Shown here in pieces: positions 21,601-30,200 of a stretch of DNA of 64,000 bases. The stretch comes from Rhizaria sp. SCN 62-66 (taxonomy: Eukaryota), in contig MEDY01000071.1 of the NCBI GenBank assembly GCA_001724265.1, positions 1 to 64,000 of the forward strand. The letters run 5' to 3'. Under the pieces are notes generated by a model. The model saw only the letters and a list, made by a program, of their open reading frames with translations. It had not been told where the DNA came from and made no database searches. Position 1 is the stretch's first letter; every line of letters starts with the position of its first letter. A program made the position numbers and the translations under genes.

Positions 21601-24600
21601 GATTCTGGGTGAGCCGGCGCTGGGAGGCGAAATAGTCACTAATGTGCCTGTCACGGTACGGCTGCGCGCAGCTGGCTCGATCGTTGCGGCAGCCGCAGCG
21701 AGCAGCGCAGAGGCTGACACTGCGCCATTCAAGGCATCTGCGCTGTTTCCAGCACTAGCGCCGCCGGCGCCAACAACGTTAACCATCAGTGCGTCGCCTG
21801 AGAGCGCAGCGGCAGCTGCGACTGCCGTCGCCGCGACAGCCGCGCCTTGCCCCCCGCGGCGCGCGGACTTCGCAAGCGACTTGGCAGCGTCGTAAACCTC
21901 TGCGCTAAGTGAGGCACCGAGCCCAGCCTGTTTAACGTACACGCCCACACGACCTTTGAGGATGAGGTAGTACAGATCGCCGACGTCGCCCTCACGGAAC
22001 ACGATGTCACCGCGCGGATGCGCCGCAAGCCGCAGCTGCGCAAGCACGGTTGGAAGGTACGTGGGCGCTGTTGCAGGCGCGTGCAATGCAGCAAGCGGCG
22101 CCTCAAGTGCGAGTGACAAGGAGTCAAGACCGGGGCTTGATCGACCGTCACCGTCGCCATCAGCTGCTGCAGCGGCTGCCGCGGCGGCGTGGGCAATCGA
22201 TGCGTTCGTTGTTGCAGGAGAGTGTCCCGCAGCAGCAGATGCGGCGGCCGCAGCATCAGCTGCAGCGGCTGCAGCCTCTTTGCGTCTTTGCTGCAACTCT
22301 CTGCGCCGTTTAAGCTCCAGTGTAACAGCCTTGACCGCGGCGCCATGGGCATGTGCGAGCTGTGCAAGGACAGGTGGCAGCGTAATCGCGTCTTGCAGCC
22401 ACTGTGCCAGGTAAGCAAGCTCCCTGCTGCTGCGTTCGCGCGCCGGCAGTGCCAGCACAGAGTGCCAGCGGTGCCGCGCAGCACGAGCCAACATAGCATC
22501 AAATGACGTCTGCAGATGCCCTGCCAAAGTCAGAGATGGCGAAAGTGTCGCGAGCGCACCCACACCGACGCGGGCACCGACAGCGTTTCCGGTACCTCCA
22601 TTATTGGGGCCACCTGGTGAAGACAGGCCGGGGGGAGACGACGGAGTGCCAGCATTGAGCGACGGGCGCGGGCGAGTGGGCGTGCGCAGCAGAGCAGAAT
22701 TGCTATTGTTGCCGGTGCTGCTATTCGGTGCTGGTGTCGGGGAAAGAAGGCCGGATTGCGGCGCAGCCCCTAACGCGCCGGCACCAGCACCAGGAGAGGG
22801 TGCAGGGCTTGTGAGTACCAGAAGCGACGAGCCCGAAGCAGACTGCGGGAGTGCGGCCGCTGTTCCTGCGCGCGCCCTCTGCGGAGTTGTCACAGAAGCT
22901 GCCGCACCAGAGCTGGGACCAAGCACAGGCGTAGTAGCCGAGAGCGATGAGGCGCTTGTACGTGCGCGGCCGCGCGACGCAGCCATTGCTGCAAAAAAGC
23001 TGTCTTCGTCTTCACCAGGACCAAGGGTCATCACGGTGGGCGCGCCGGCCTGGACAGAGCCCAGACCGGGACCGGGCGCTGCAGCGGCGCCGCGGTCATG
23101 AGAGCTGGAAGCGTTGCGTGGAGGCGTCAGGGCATCGCTTGTGTTGGACCGAACCCTCCCAAGCAAAAGCTGTTGCTGACCTTGTTGCGGCGTCTGCTGT
23201 TGGAGCTGTTGTGCGGTGTATGAACCGCGATGGACAGTCTGGTTGAAGCCAGAAAGCGTTTGAGGTCCAGTGCCGGATGGTGCCGCGGAGTGCTTGGCGA
23301 CAGGCGCAGTAGGACTAGACAGGCTTGGACTCACAAAGCCAGGACTGCCTAGACTTGAGCTAGGGCCGGCCGAGAGTGGCGATGCGCCATCAACCTCTGG
23401 ACTCGCGTCAGGGTTCGTAGTGAGGAGAACCATGTTCAGGTGACTGGGCAGTCCCGGCGTTGGCCCCGTCGCGCCCGCCGCCGCAGCATCTGCAAGAAAT
23501 GCGGCCACACGGGCTGCCGTTGCAGTATCGTCCTCGTCGTCGAGCGCAGCCGTCGCCGGCACTGCGCCACCGCGGTGCCCAGCAGCAGAGTTCGCAGAGC
23601 CCGCAGGCCGGTGGTCCTCGGAGACGCCGCGCGCCCGCGTGCGCGGCTGGGACGTCCCGGGGCCCGACATAGCGCTAACAGTCACGCCGTTCAGGCTCAC
23701 CCCGGCGCCGACGCCGTCACCGTGGCTGCCGCCGTGGCCGGAGCGAGAGCTGGAGGCCGGCGCGGGGCCGGGTCCGGGCGTTGTGGTGGGTGTGGCCAAC
23801 AGCAGCGGCGACGGCGACGCTAAGAGCAAACCGGTCTGGCGCTGCTGGCTACCTTGGGCGTTGAGATCCAGGAATGACCCGGCATCAAAGCTTGACTGTG
23901 CACCAAAGCCGGGGGGCTTCTGCGCCGAAGCGCCAGCTGTCGGCGACGGAGGGTGCATCGACGTCGTGGGCGCGCTGTACACGGCGTCGAGCGCAGCAGC
24001 AGACGCTGCGGCGGCGGCAGCAATCGCCGCAGCGCCTGTTAAAGGCACAGCAGGAGTGACGGCAGCCGCCGTCGCAGCCGGGGTTGGTGTTGTAGTTGCA
24101 GAAGACGTCGCAGCGGGAGTCGGGAATTTGGGGGTTGTGGGTGCGGCAGCGGGCGTCGTGTTCCCGGTCGCAGTCGCCGACACGGGGGGCGAAGAAGCGG
24201 GCGTGACAGCGGAGAACGCGGGCGACACAGTCGCTGACGACGACGCCGACGACACCGAGTGCGAACTCAGCGCGGAGCCAGGCAGCGATTGTGAGTGGGA
24301 GTTCGCGTGCGGTTGTGACTGTGCAAGTCCGCTGCGCTGAGCAGTGGGAACAAACGCAGCTCCATCAATGCCGCCAAGTCCGGGACTGCTAAACCCTAAG
24401 CCAGGCGCGGCCGAGCTGCTCGCAGCTGTGAGGCGGGTGGACGTGCGCTCGGCCACGCGCATGCGTCCTCCAGCGTCCGCGTCAGCGTCGAGGCCGGCGA
24501 GGAACAGTGCACGGTCACCGAGACCGCCCGCGTGCGTGCGGAAGACGGGGAACGAGTCGACGCTCTCGTCGTGTTCGGCGTCAACCACACGCATCGACCC

Positions 24601-26775
24601 GCGAGTGGAGCGCGCGGCTCCATGCAGTGGCGCGGGGAGGCCGGAGCCGCCACCCAGCGCGCCCGGCGCAGAGGCCAGCGCGCCCGCAGCCGCAGGGGCG
24701 GCGGCGGGGTTCACCAGCGCGCTGCGGGGATGCAGCCCGAGGGCCGGCGAGCCGCGCACGGAGCGCGTGCGCGCAGACTGCAGCGGCGATGCGGCGCCGG
24801 AGCCGGCAATGGGCGACACGCCCCCGCGCGGGGACGGGCTGCGCAGCGCTGGGGACACAGAGTCCGAGGTCGAGATGGGAATGGTGGGGGTTAGCGCTGG
24901 CACAGGTGTGTTGCCATGAGGCGAAAATGCCCCTGCTGCGGCGGCCGCAGCAGCGTCATCGCCGAAACTGCCCTTCAGCTGGCGCGACACGGGCCGCGGC
25001 GACCCCGCGACGACTGCACCTGCGGCGGCGGCGGCGTCGCCCTGGCTGTGACGTGGCGAGGCGCCCGCGTCGTCGGAACAGGAGGAGCGCGCGCCACCCC
25101 TGCTGTTGCTGGTGCTCCGAGTAGTGCCTGCGGACACAGCATCGGCGGCGTTGTTGATTGCGTCATCTACTGTGTGCGGAGCTGCGCGGCGCGGCAGCGA
25201 GCCGCGGTGTAGCTGCATTTGCGCAAGACCCGTGGTTGGCGAATTAGGACTGTTAGGATTGTTGTCGTTGTTGTAAATAATGTTGAAGTTCGGGTTGCTG
25301 CGATTGTTCGATTGGCTAATACTGCGACTGCTGCTGCCGCTGCTTCCCGCGCCTCCAATACCGCTCTGCGTTGGGCTACGCAGCGGGCTGCGTGGCCCAC
25401 TGCCTTGATGATACACGAGCCCTTGCTCGCCGGCTCTGGCGTTGACGTTGTGCGAAGTGCTGGTCGCGTTGTCGTCGCCCAGAGGGCCGAGCCCGACGCC
25501 CAGGTCGAGGTCGGGCCCCACGCCCGCGTGCATGAGCTGCAGTTCGCCCTGGATGTCGCCGAAGCTGTGCACGGGCACTCCGTTGTACACGAAACTCCCG
25601 CGCGTGCTGCCGCCACGACTGCTGCTTGCACTGCCGCCGCCGCCGCCCGCGCTTCCACCGTGACCCTCAGTCGCGAGCCTGCGGTGCCGCTGCGCAGTCG
25701 AGCTCGACGCCGACGCGGAGCCCGAGCCGGAGCCGGATCCGCTGCCCGAGCCCGTCGGCGAGGCCGGCCCACCGCCCGGCGTGCCGGTCGCGTGGGCCGA
25801 CGCGTAGCTCAGCAGTCCCGGCAGCGGCGCCGCGGGGCCCGCCGCGGGCGCGGGCGGGTACGACGGTGCCGGCCGCGCGGCCGCCGACGTGTGGGAGAGC
25901 GCGCGGGGGGCGCGGCCGGGCGACCCGGGGTAGTGCTGGCTCGGACTGCTCACGCGCGCGCTCGCCGCTGCTTGCGCCGCCGCGGCTGAGGTGGGCGAGG
26001 TGAGGGCCGGGGTCGGAGAGGACGGCAGCGCAGGGGAACGGGTGGACGCGGGTCGTGAGTGCGACCGCGCGGGACTGTATGCACCGGAGTTGCCGCCTCT
26101 GCCAAAGTGGTCTGGGTTCCCGGTCGAGCCAGGGAGCGGCAAGTTGGACGCCGCGGGCGGGGACGGGAGCGGGGGCGAAAGAGCGAGCGGGTCTGCGCTT
26201 GCGTACGGGGGCGCCGACAGCGGGTTCGAAGCGGCAGAGCCCGAGGCGGGCACCGGATATGAGCCGCGGGGAAATCGTGCAAAGCCGGACTGTTGGGCGG
26301 GAGAGCCAGGGGTCGCGATGACCAGCGTCCCAGACGAGATGGACGGAGACACGGAGGAGGACGACGAGGTGGAGTTGCGGAGGCCGGCATTGGTCGCGAG
26401 CTGGGTGACGGCAATGTTGCCGCCTCGCGGGAGCACAGGGCCAAACGACATCATGGGCGAAGCGTCTGGTGAAGATGAAGGAGGAAACGCGGCGCCTGTG
26501 GGGACGCTGGGGACAGTGTTGTAGATGGTATGGAGCGGATTGCTGGTGCCAGTCGCTGTTGGGTAACTGCCCGTCGGCGAGGCCGGGGCTGCGGTCGCTG
26601 CGAGGCTTGCGAAGGGCAGGTCGTCGCTGAATGTTACGCGGCGCGGGGGAAAGGACGCCGATGAGGGCGGAGATGGGGCGACACTGATAGGGCGGCTCGA
26701 GATGGGGCTTGTGGGCAGGGGTAGCGGAGGGTCCCGCGGAGGCGGGGCGCCAGCACTACCGGGCAGCACACTCAT
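15658..26775 (-). CDS. Giant (~3700 aa) protein with two cyclic-nucleotide-binding domains in low-complexity sequence
   Basis: Single stop-free ORF. cNMP1 is GDIVFREGDVGDLYYLILKGRV ... LKPGQQFGDLSL...RSASIRC. cNMP2 is VISAPGAVADSVYFIVSG...LEAGAFFGHEE ... RRSCTVLA. First ATG at 26775. Confidence 0.85.
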   Translation of the reverse strand: MSVLPGSAGAPPPRDPPLPLPTSPISSRPISVAPSPPSSASFPPRRVTFSDDLPFASLAATAAPASPTGSYPTATGTSNPLHTIYNTVPSVPTGAAFPPSSSPDASPMMSFGPVLPRGGNIAVTQLATNAGLRNSTSSSSSVSPSISSGTLVIATPGSPAQQSGFARFPRGSYPVPASGSAASNPLSAPPYASADPLALSPPLPSPPAASNLPLPGSTGNPDHFGRGGNSGAYSPARSHSRPASTRSPALPSSPTPALTSPTSAAAAQAAASARVSSPSQHYPGSPGRAPRALSHTSAAARPAPSYPPAPAAGPAAPLPGLLSYASAHATGTPGGGPASPTGSGSGSGSGSGSASASSSTAQRHRRLATEGHGGSAGGGGGSASSSRGGSTRGSFVYNGVPVHSFGDIQGELQLMHAGVGPDLDLGVGLGPLGDDNATSTSHNVNARAGEQGLVYHQGSGPRSPLRSPTQSGIGGAGSSGSSSRSISQSNNRSNPNFNIIYNNDNNPNSPNSPTTGLAQMQLHRGSLPRRAAPHTVDDAINNAADAVSAGTTRSTSNSRGGARSSCSDDAGASPRHSQGDAAAAAGAVVAGSPRPVSRQLKGSFGDDAAAAAAAGAFSPHGNTPVPALTPTIPISTSDSVSPALRSPSPRGGVSPIAGSGAASPLQSARTRSVRGSPALGLHPRSALVNPAAAPAAAGALASAPGALGGGSGLPAPLHGAARSTRGSMRVVDAEHDESVDSFPVFRTHAGGLGDRALFLAGLDADADAGGRMRVAERTSTRLTAASSSAAPGLGFSSPGLGGIDGAAFVPTAQRSGLAQSQPHANSHSQSLPGSALSSHSVSSASSSATVSPAFSAVTPASSPPVSATATGNTTPAAAPTTPKFPTPAATSSATTTPTPAATAAAVTPAVPLTGAAAIAAAAAASAAALDAVYSAPTTSMHPPSPTAGASAQKPPGFGAQSSFDAGSFLDLNAQGSQQRQTGLLLASPSPLLLATPTTTPGPGPAPASSSRSGHGGSHGDGVGAGVSLNGVTVSAMSGPGTSQPRTRARGVSEDHRPAGSANSAAGHRGGAVPATAALDDEDDTATAARVAAFLADAAAAGATGPTPGLPSHLNMVLLTTNPDASPEVDGASPLSAGPSSSLGSPGFVSPSLSSPTAPVAKHSAAPSGTGPQTLSGFNQTVHRGSYTAQQLQQQTPQQGQQQLLLGRVRSNTSDALTPPRNASSSHDRGAAAAPGPGLGSVQAGAPTVMTLGPGEDEDSFFAAMAASRGRARTSASSLSATTPVLGPSSGAAASVTTPQRARAGTAAALPQSASGSSLLVLTSPAPSPGAGAGALGAAPQSGLLSPTPAPNSSTGNNSNSALLRTPTRPRPSLNAGTPSSPPGLSSPGGPNNGGTGNAVGARVGVGALATLSPSLTLAGHLQTSFDAMLARAARHRWHSVLALPARERSSRELAYLAQWLQDAITLPPVLAQLAHAHGAAVKAVTLELKRRRELQQRRKEAAAAAADAAAAASAAAGHSPATTNASIAHAAAAAAAAADGDGDGRSSPGLDSLSLALEAPLAALHAPATAPTYLPTVLAQLRLAAHPRGDIVFREGDVGDLYYLILKGRVGVYVKQAGLGASLSAEVYDAAKSLAKSARRGGQGAAVAATAVAAAAALSGDALMVNVVGAGGASAGNSADALNGAVSASALLAAAAATIEPAARSRTVTGTLVTISPPSAGSPRIHSPIPSAPASGVIGATPNKRPSFIVSTGTSSSGFGPAPALAGGAISRLATPAIPTAALGQTPGPATPGPGRSLNASGSSQHHLFAPTPGGGRHGGSHTPALVSLHPTPALGFAPERSTATPMPSLTGVAASANAAAAGAVIPGLSLATPAAVDALKILSQLDAFDPMLAPVVLRLSHPSAGIDSDLGDMMAVLKPGQQFGDLSLGATAIRSASIRCLDDCLFLTLTREHYADAVRAAANLASRAALAAAVSMPLGATVAAELGRTAAGDGFTAAAGALGGTGTATPAILQARGEFIRKHYPFTILDPHIQASLRYSLQELVFKQSEVISAPGAVADSVYFIVSGACTVVRTCVLPRAGAATADLMPKHASLSYVVSANKYAPQVLPPSEMGVASAAGLVALAGNPAAAALARGLEYEIPVLRLEAGAFFGHEEGLLPPSAFEPPLHSTVAGSKARGAGVGGKKKINARGKSGKHGKIGSTDSARVNCDDDEEEEPAGSAHGVYTGQYHRTFGQPMPSSLRPGPFRMLTSASQGAGLPKRACRGAAAALAAVASGGGGGGTSAELFRKLIASTVRAGLGRGLTGAGRGAMTGRGGRRTGVLLTGESDLSDNSDSETRRRTTRRAIAAADRSDNDDDNDGRSSDDSSNSVSNDDSDYGARVRRRAGRQQLRQYAQHQGPAPGSVWTDAYLLDVVDAERRTRRRQERQERKLVNAAAVAAATGGGKAATSTAMLLRRLSTAFGTPGLDNSPGQAPRGHRRQGSVARLGATAGSRASARLGGAMGGFSAEELAPVFGSRELQALAGDITPTAKAGSGAPGGSLGAALARQAAADITLAAAQGAAAAAAAAAGSDSVGGQRRRDRERERERERLASALKGVPTISYGHLFTPQLANKTNGPRAGQRLARARKQQGQRRSKKPRVRGAKAGGKDVLPKGPLDSSGDDDKGGDKSDDASSGADVSSDQDAQVGSDSDADDVDDHDALYLNDHSTFHTASAAAGAASGPGGSSGRPRDPDVAPAGLRGVPPPSWLPRRSCTVLAATPQVRVYALPMPVFLRVFKGSRRMLLQALSYAHLSHLHDRVLAVAGIPASDATRTAVRAAAELAEETARKLSLLNPRQQRLVLQEALLHAERGQVEEALAAHAVNRLLNRDAPGSAGAAAAVAGASSSGASPHADAQAIAAAAHKALIASGHLLATRARPDTPLGGRPGTPGFGSRPALGHGHGHVPPAAGHARPGGAGGTSPTLGGRRGSVADGAPHGAPAVRRGSVTDLVLPGPGIGLSSGPAPPLSGRRGSVTGGEAFSAGAGPGTGARRGSIGLGLTLSASIETVAASTALSNAVHGQDAGLVALHSHAAAAASPTAAEGSGMTRYTSLLERALHSDHGRDPAASASSGRASGSLMGVGGGAGAMLRGAVGAGTVIDLLSSGAPLMSHGVGGRAGSRRSSIASNAVITVTQKAAVAAAAAAAGAARRGATPPVPDRVATPPAMMETAAAMAAAVVQAAEESKANGTGTAGSGNTPTRARILSFQTGGDARGPLALAYAPGSTASGQAPAVPGSPRGTPTPTQPRGLAASRKGAELERQQQQQREERLRREREQEQREQQAQEQQRLQRVRDGDIDHALQSPHDASAVAEASTINPGVNTASGHNTARYTTSARIDCGVHEPVRADPFLRAAARRRALAVALAAGDDPETAAARAAEAADEDAPGIAAAGSLDRFSFTGAVSAAVPVDALVVTLAENCDIYDREARRRRHVFGAMARALGGSANPRAAAAQVIAHPWAQTAPLSGDSSSVTLPNISRSAAVRQQQQQPQFQQQQQQQQQSGAVVAPFCERVAPSSFSPFSDAPATSQHNSSARGPRTQPHTRTVPLSTSARGPPSHPPASLAALAVTTSSASGAQTARSAGASGGSSKLASFSPGGGRARDAAAAAAVAAADPKGWLRSRLEASANARPAGAAGVGGVANDDNVQPTVWNYAQFVSRQPK

Positions 26776-27299
26776 TGAGTGTGGATTCTTCCTCGGTCGC
26801 AACTGCAAGTGTGAAGTGGTGGTGATGCAACTTCTAGCAGCAAAATAATTCCAGAGAGTCGAGTCGAACAGCTGCTAGGTTCTGAAGAGTGGGGATGAGC
26901 GGCAAGTAACTGGCGTTCAACCTCTCCGCTAGAAGATCGTACATAAATAGGGAATATGACAAAGAATGGAGGAATAAGAAAATGAATGAATGATTCATGT
27001 GGGGATACTTTTAGATGTTGTCCAGGCAACACCTGCGACGTTTCATTTAGCGAGTTCTGATCTCCTGAATTAGCCTGCCAGTCGGCGACCCTGTGTCACC
27101 ACAAGATACGGTTGCGACCTGAAGAAAACATGTTGCGATGCACTTGTAGTAGTGCAATGAGTGAAATACTTTAACAGAAAGTGTATTAGAAATGTTATTT
27201 GGATAAGTCATATTTAACAGATAATTTGATAAAACAAAGTAGATGTTCCTCGCATATCTTGCTTCCGCAGTAATCTCAGCAAGCACGATCATGTCATGC

Positions 27300-30200
27300 T
27301 TAGCGGCGCCTATTCCTGTTCGCTCCCGCGGGGCCGCCTGTCGGCGCGGGCGGCGAGAAAGGCACCGGAATCCCGTCAACAGTGTGAAAGTTCATCGTCG
27401 CCGCCGCGCCGACCGAGGGCAGCCCGCGCAGCCGCGGCACTCCGCTCGTCGGCGCGCCGCCCGCGCCCCAGCCGCCCATCGTGGCGCCGTGCTGCTGCTG
27501 CTGCTGCTGCTGCTGGCGCGAGGACTGGCCGACCTGCAACGTGAGTCCCAGCCCGCCGCCCATGTTGGTCATCCCGAAGCCCTGATCGCGCGGGTGCGGG
27601 TGCGCGCCGCCGGCCCCGGAGCCGCGCCGCCCGTTGCGCGGCGGCGTCGCCGAGCCGTAGCTGCCGTAGCCGCCACCAGCCGTGCCGCCGCCGAACCCGT
27701 CGCCGCCGCCACCGCCGCCGCCGCCGCTGCCACTTGAGCCGCTGTTGTACTCGCCGTAGCCGGTCAGCACGGAGTACGCTTGCTTCATGTTGCCGCCGCT
27801 GAGGCCGCCGTCACTATCCTTGCGTACGCTGAGCTGCTGGCCGCCGTAAGCGGCGGCGGCGGCGCCGCCGCCGCCGCCGCCGCCACTGGGCTGCGCGCGC
27901 CAAGCGTCCCTGCGCAGGCGGTTAACGCGCGCAACGTCGCCGATGTAGACGGCAAGCACGCTGACGTTGTCGGCAGAGCCGGCCCGCAGCGCGCGCTGTG
28001 CCAGCTCGGTGGCGACGGCGTCCATCACGCCGGAGGTCGAGGTGCAGCCAGTCCAGCCCGCGCCGCCACCACTGCCGGCGCCGCCACCGCCCAGGTTAGT
28101 GGGGGACAACGCGCGCGAGCCCATGGCGCCGCTGCCGGCGCCGCCGGGCGACGCGGCGCCCAGCAGCGGGGTCAGGTATTGCAGCGGTGTCAACGGGTCG
28201 ATCAGCGTCGCCGCGAGCGCAGGCGGCGCGCCCAGCCCCACGCCCAGCGGGGCCCGCGGCACGAAGCCGCCCGCCGCTCCCCCAGGGCCCAGCGGCGAAG
28301 CCTGCCCGCCGGCGCCGGCGGCCTTGGAGCCGGGCCCGCCGCTGGCGAGCGCGGCGGCGTCGGCTGCCGAGGCCAGTGCGGGATCGGCCAGGTCGTGCGC
28401 CACGCACTGGGCCGCGAGCTCGACCACGGCGCCCGCAGCAGCGTTGGTGTTGATGACGTCCCAGAGCCCGTCGCAGGCGAGGACGAGGAACATGTCGTCG
28501 GTGGTGAGCGTGGTGACCGTGATCTCGGGGTCCGCGCACACCGCCGTCAGCGACGTGTAGCCCGACTCGAACACCACGGGGCCCAGCATCGCGTTCACGG
28601 GCGGGATCGAGCCGTACAGCGGCACGCACTCGCCCGGGTTGCTGCCGTTCGCCAGCGCGGACGACGACGCCGAGTGGTACATGCCGCCGTAGCCGCTGCC
28701 GCTGCCGCCGCCGCTGCTGCCGTTGCTCCCGCGCAGCGCCGCGGCTGCCGCGGCGGCGCCCGAGGCGTGGTTCTTGAGCGCCGCGGCGACGGCGGCGCGG
28801 TAGGGCGCCGCCGCTGTGGTCTTGAACTCGCAGTCGCCGACGGCGCGCGTGACGGCGAGCTGGCCGTTGACGCGGCCCATGACCACGGAGCCGCCCAGCG
28901 CGGCCACGCGGCGCGCCTCGTCGGCTGCGGAGCACTTGTGGTCGCGCGACAGCGGCAGCCCCTCGCTGCAGCCCACGCCCAACACTTCGGCCGCAGACAC
29001 GGGCGCCGCGGGGTCGTCGTCGCCTGCCCCGCCGCCGCCGCGCGCGCCGCCGCCGGCCTTGCTGCCTGCGTTCTGGCTGCGGCGGCCGGCGCCGGCGGGC
29101 GGCAGGCGCGCGAACGCGGCCGGGTGGGGCTCGTGGCGGCGCGCGATGACGGCGCGCGAGTCGCCCACGTTGAGCGTCCACAGCAGACCCGAGGCGGGGT
29201 GCAGCACGGTCACGCACAGTGTGCAACCCGCCGACTCGGACTGTGACAGCGGCAGCGCCACGCTCCCGCCGTTGCCGCCGCCGCCGCCGCCGCCGCGCGA
29301 GGCCAGCGCGCGCCCGAAGGCCCCCGTGGCGGCCAGCGCGCTGCTGCTCGCGCCGTTGCTGTTGCTGTTGGCGGGCGAGCGCGGGTCCACCGCGCCGGCG
29401 TCGATGGGGAAGGCCGGGCGCGTCGGGCACGGCATGCTCGGCAGCGCAGTCATCGCCTCACCTGACCCGCCGCTGCCGCTGCCGCCGCCGCCGGTGCCGG
29501 AGTCCGAGGCGGAGTTGCCGCCCGCGCCCGCGTCGACGGCCGCGGCCCAGGCGGCGAGCTGTGGCATGGTGACCGCGGCGCCGCCCCCCGTGGCGCCAGT
29601 GCTGGCGCCGACAGCCGTAGCGCCCGCGGTGGCCGGCGCGAAGGCGTTGACGCCCTGCATGAGCAGCTGCGCCTCAAGCCGCGCCGCGTGCGCGCGCGCC
29701 GCGCCGCCCAGCCCGGCGCCGAAGCCTGCGTTGAAGGCCAGCGAGGACAGCAGACCGCGCGGGGCCGCGGCCGAGGGGCGCGCGCCGGCGCCGCCGGCCT
29801 GCGCGGCGCTATTGCCGCCGACGGCGGAGGAGAGGAACGAGGTGCGCGCAAACCCGCTCGTGGTGTTGGCACCCCAGTTGCTGTTGCTGTTGGTGTTGCC
29901 GCCCGCTGCGGCTGCGGCGGCCGCGGCGGCGTTGGCGGCGGCCGAGGGCGGGTGCGAGACCGAGGCGCGGTAGAGCATGAAGCGCTCGTCGAGGCGCAGC
30001 ACGGCGTGGCGCAGCGCGGACTCGACCGTGGCGTGTGGCGCGAAGGGGTTCGAGGTCGGCGGCACGACGCCGCCTGCGCAGTCGCCGCCGCTGCCGTTGT
30101 TGAAGAGGTGGTAGTGGTACGACCCCGCGTCCCAGTCGCCCGTCGCGCCGCCCCCACCGCCGCCGCCGCTGCCGCTGGGCTGGGGCGGCTGCTGCAAGAA

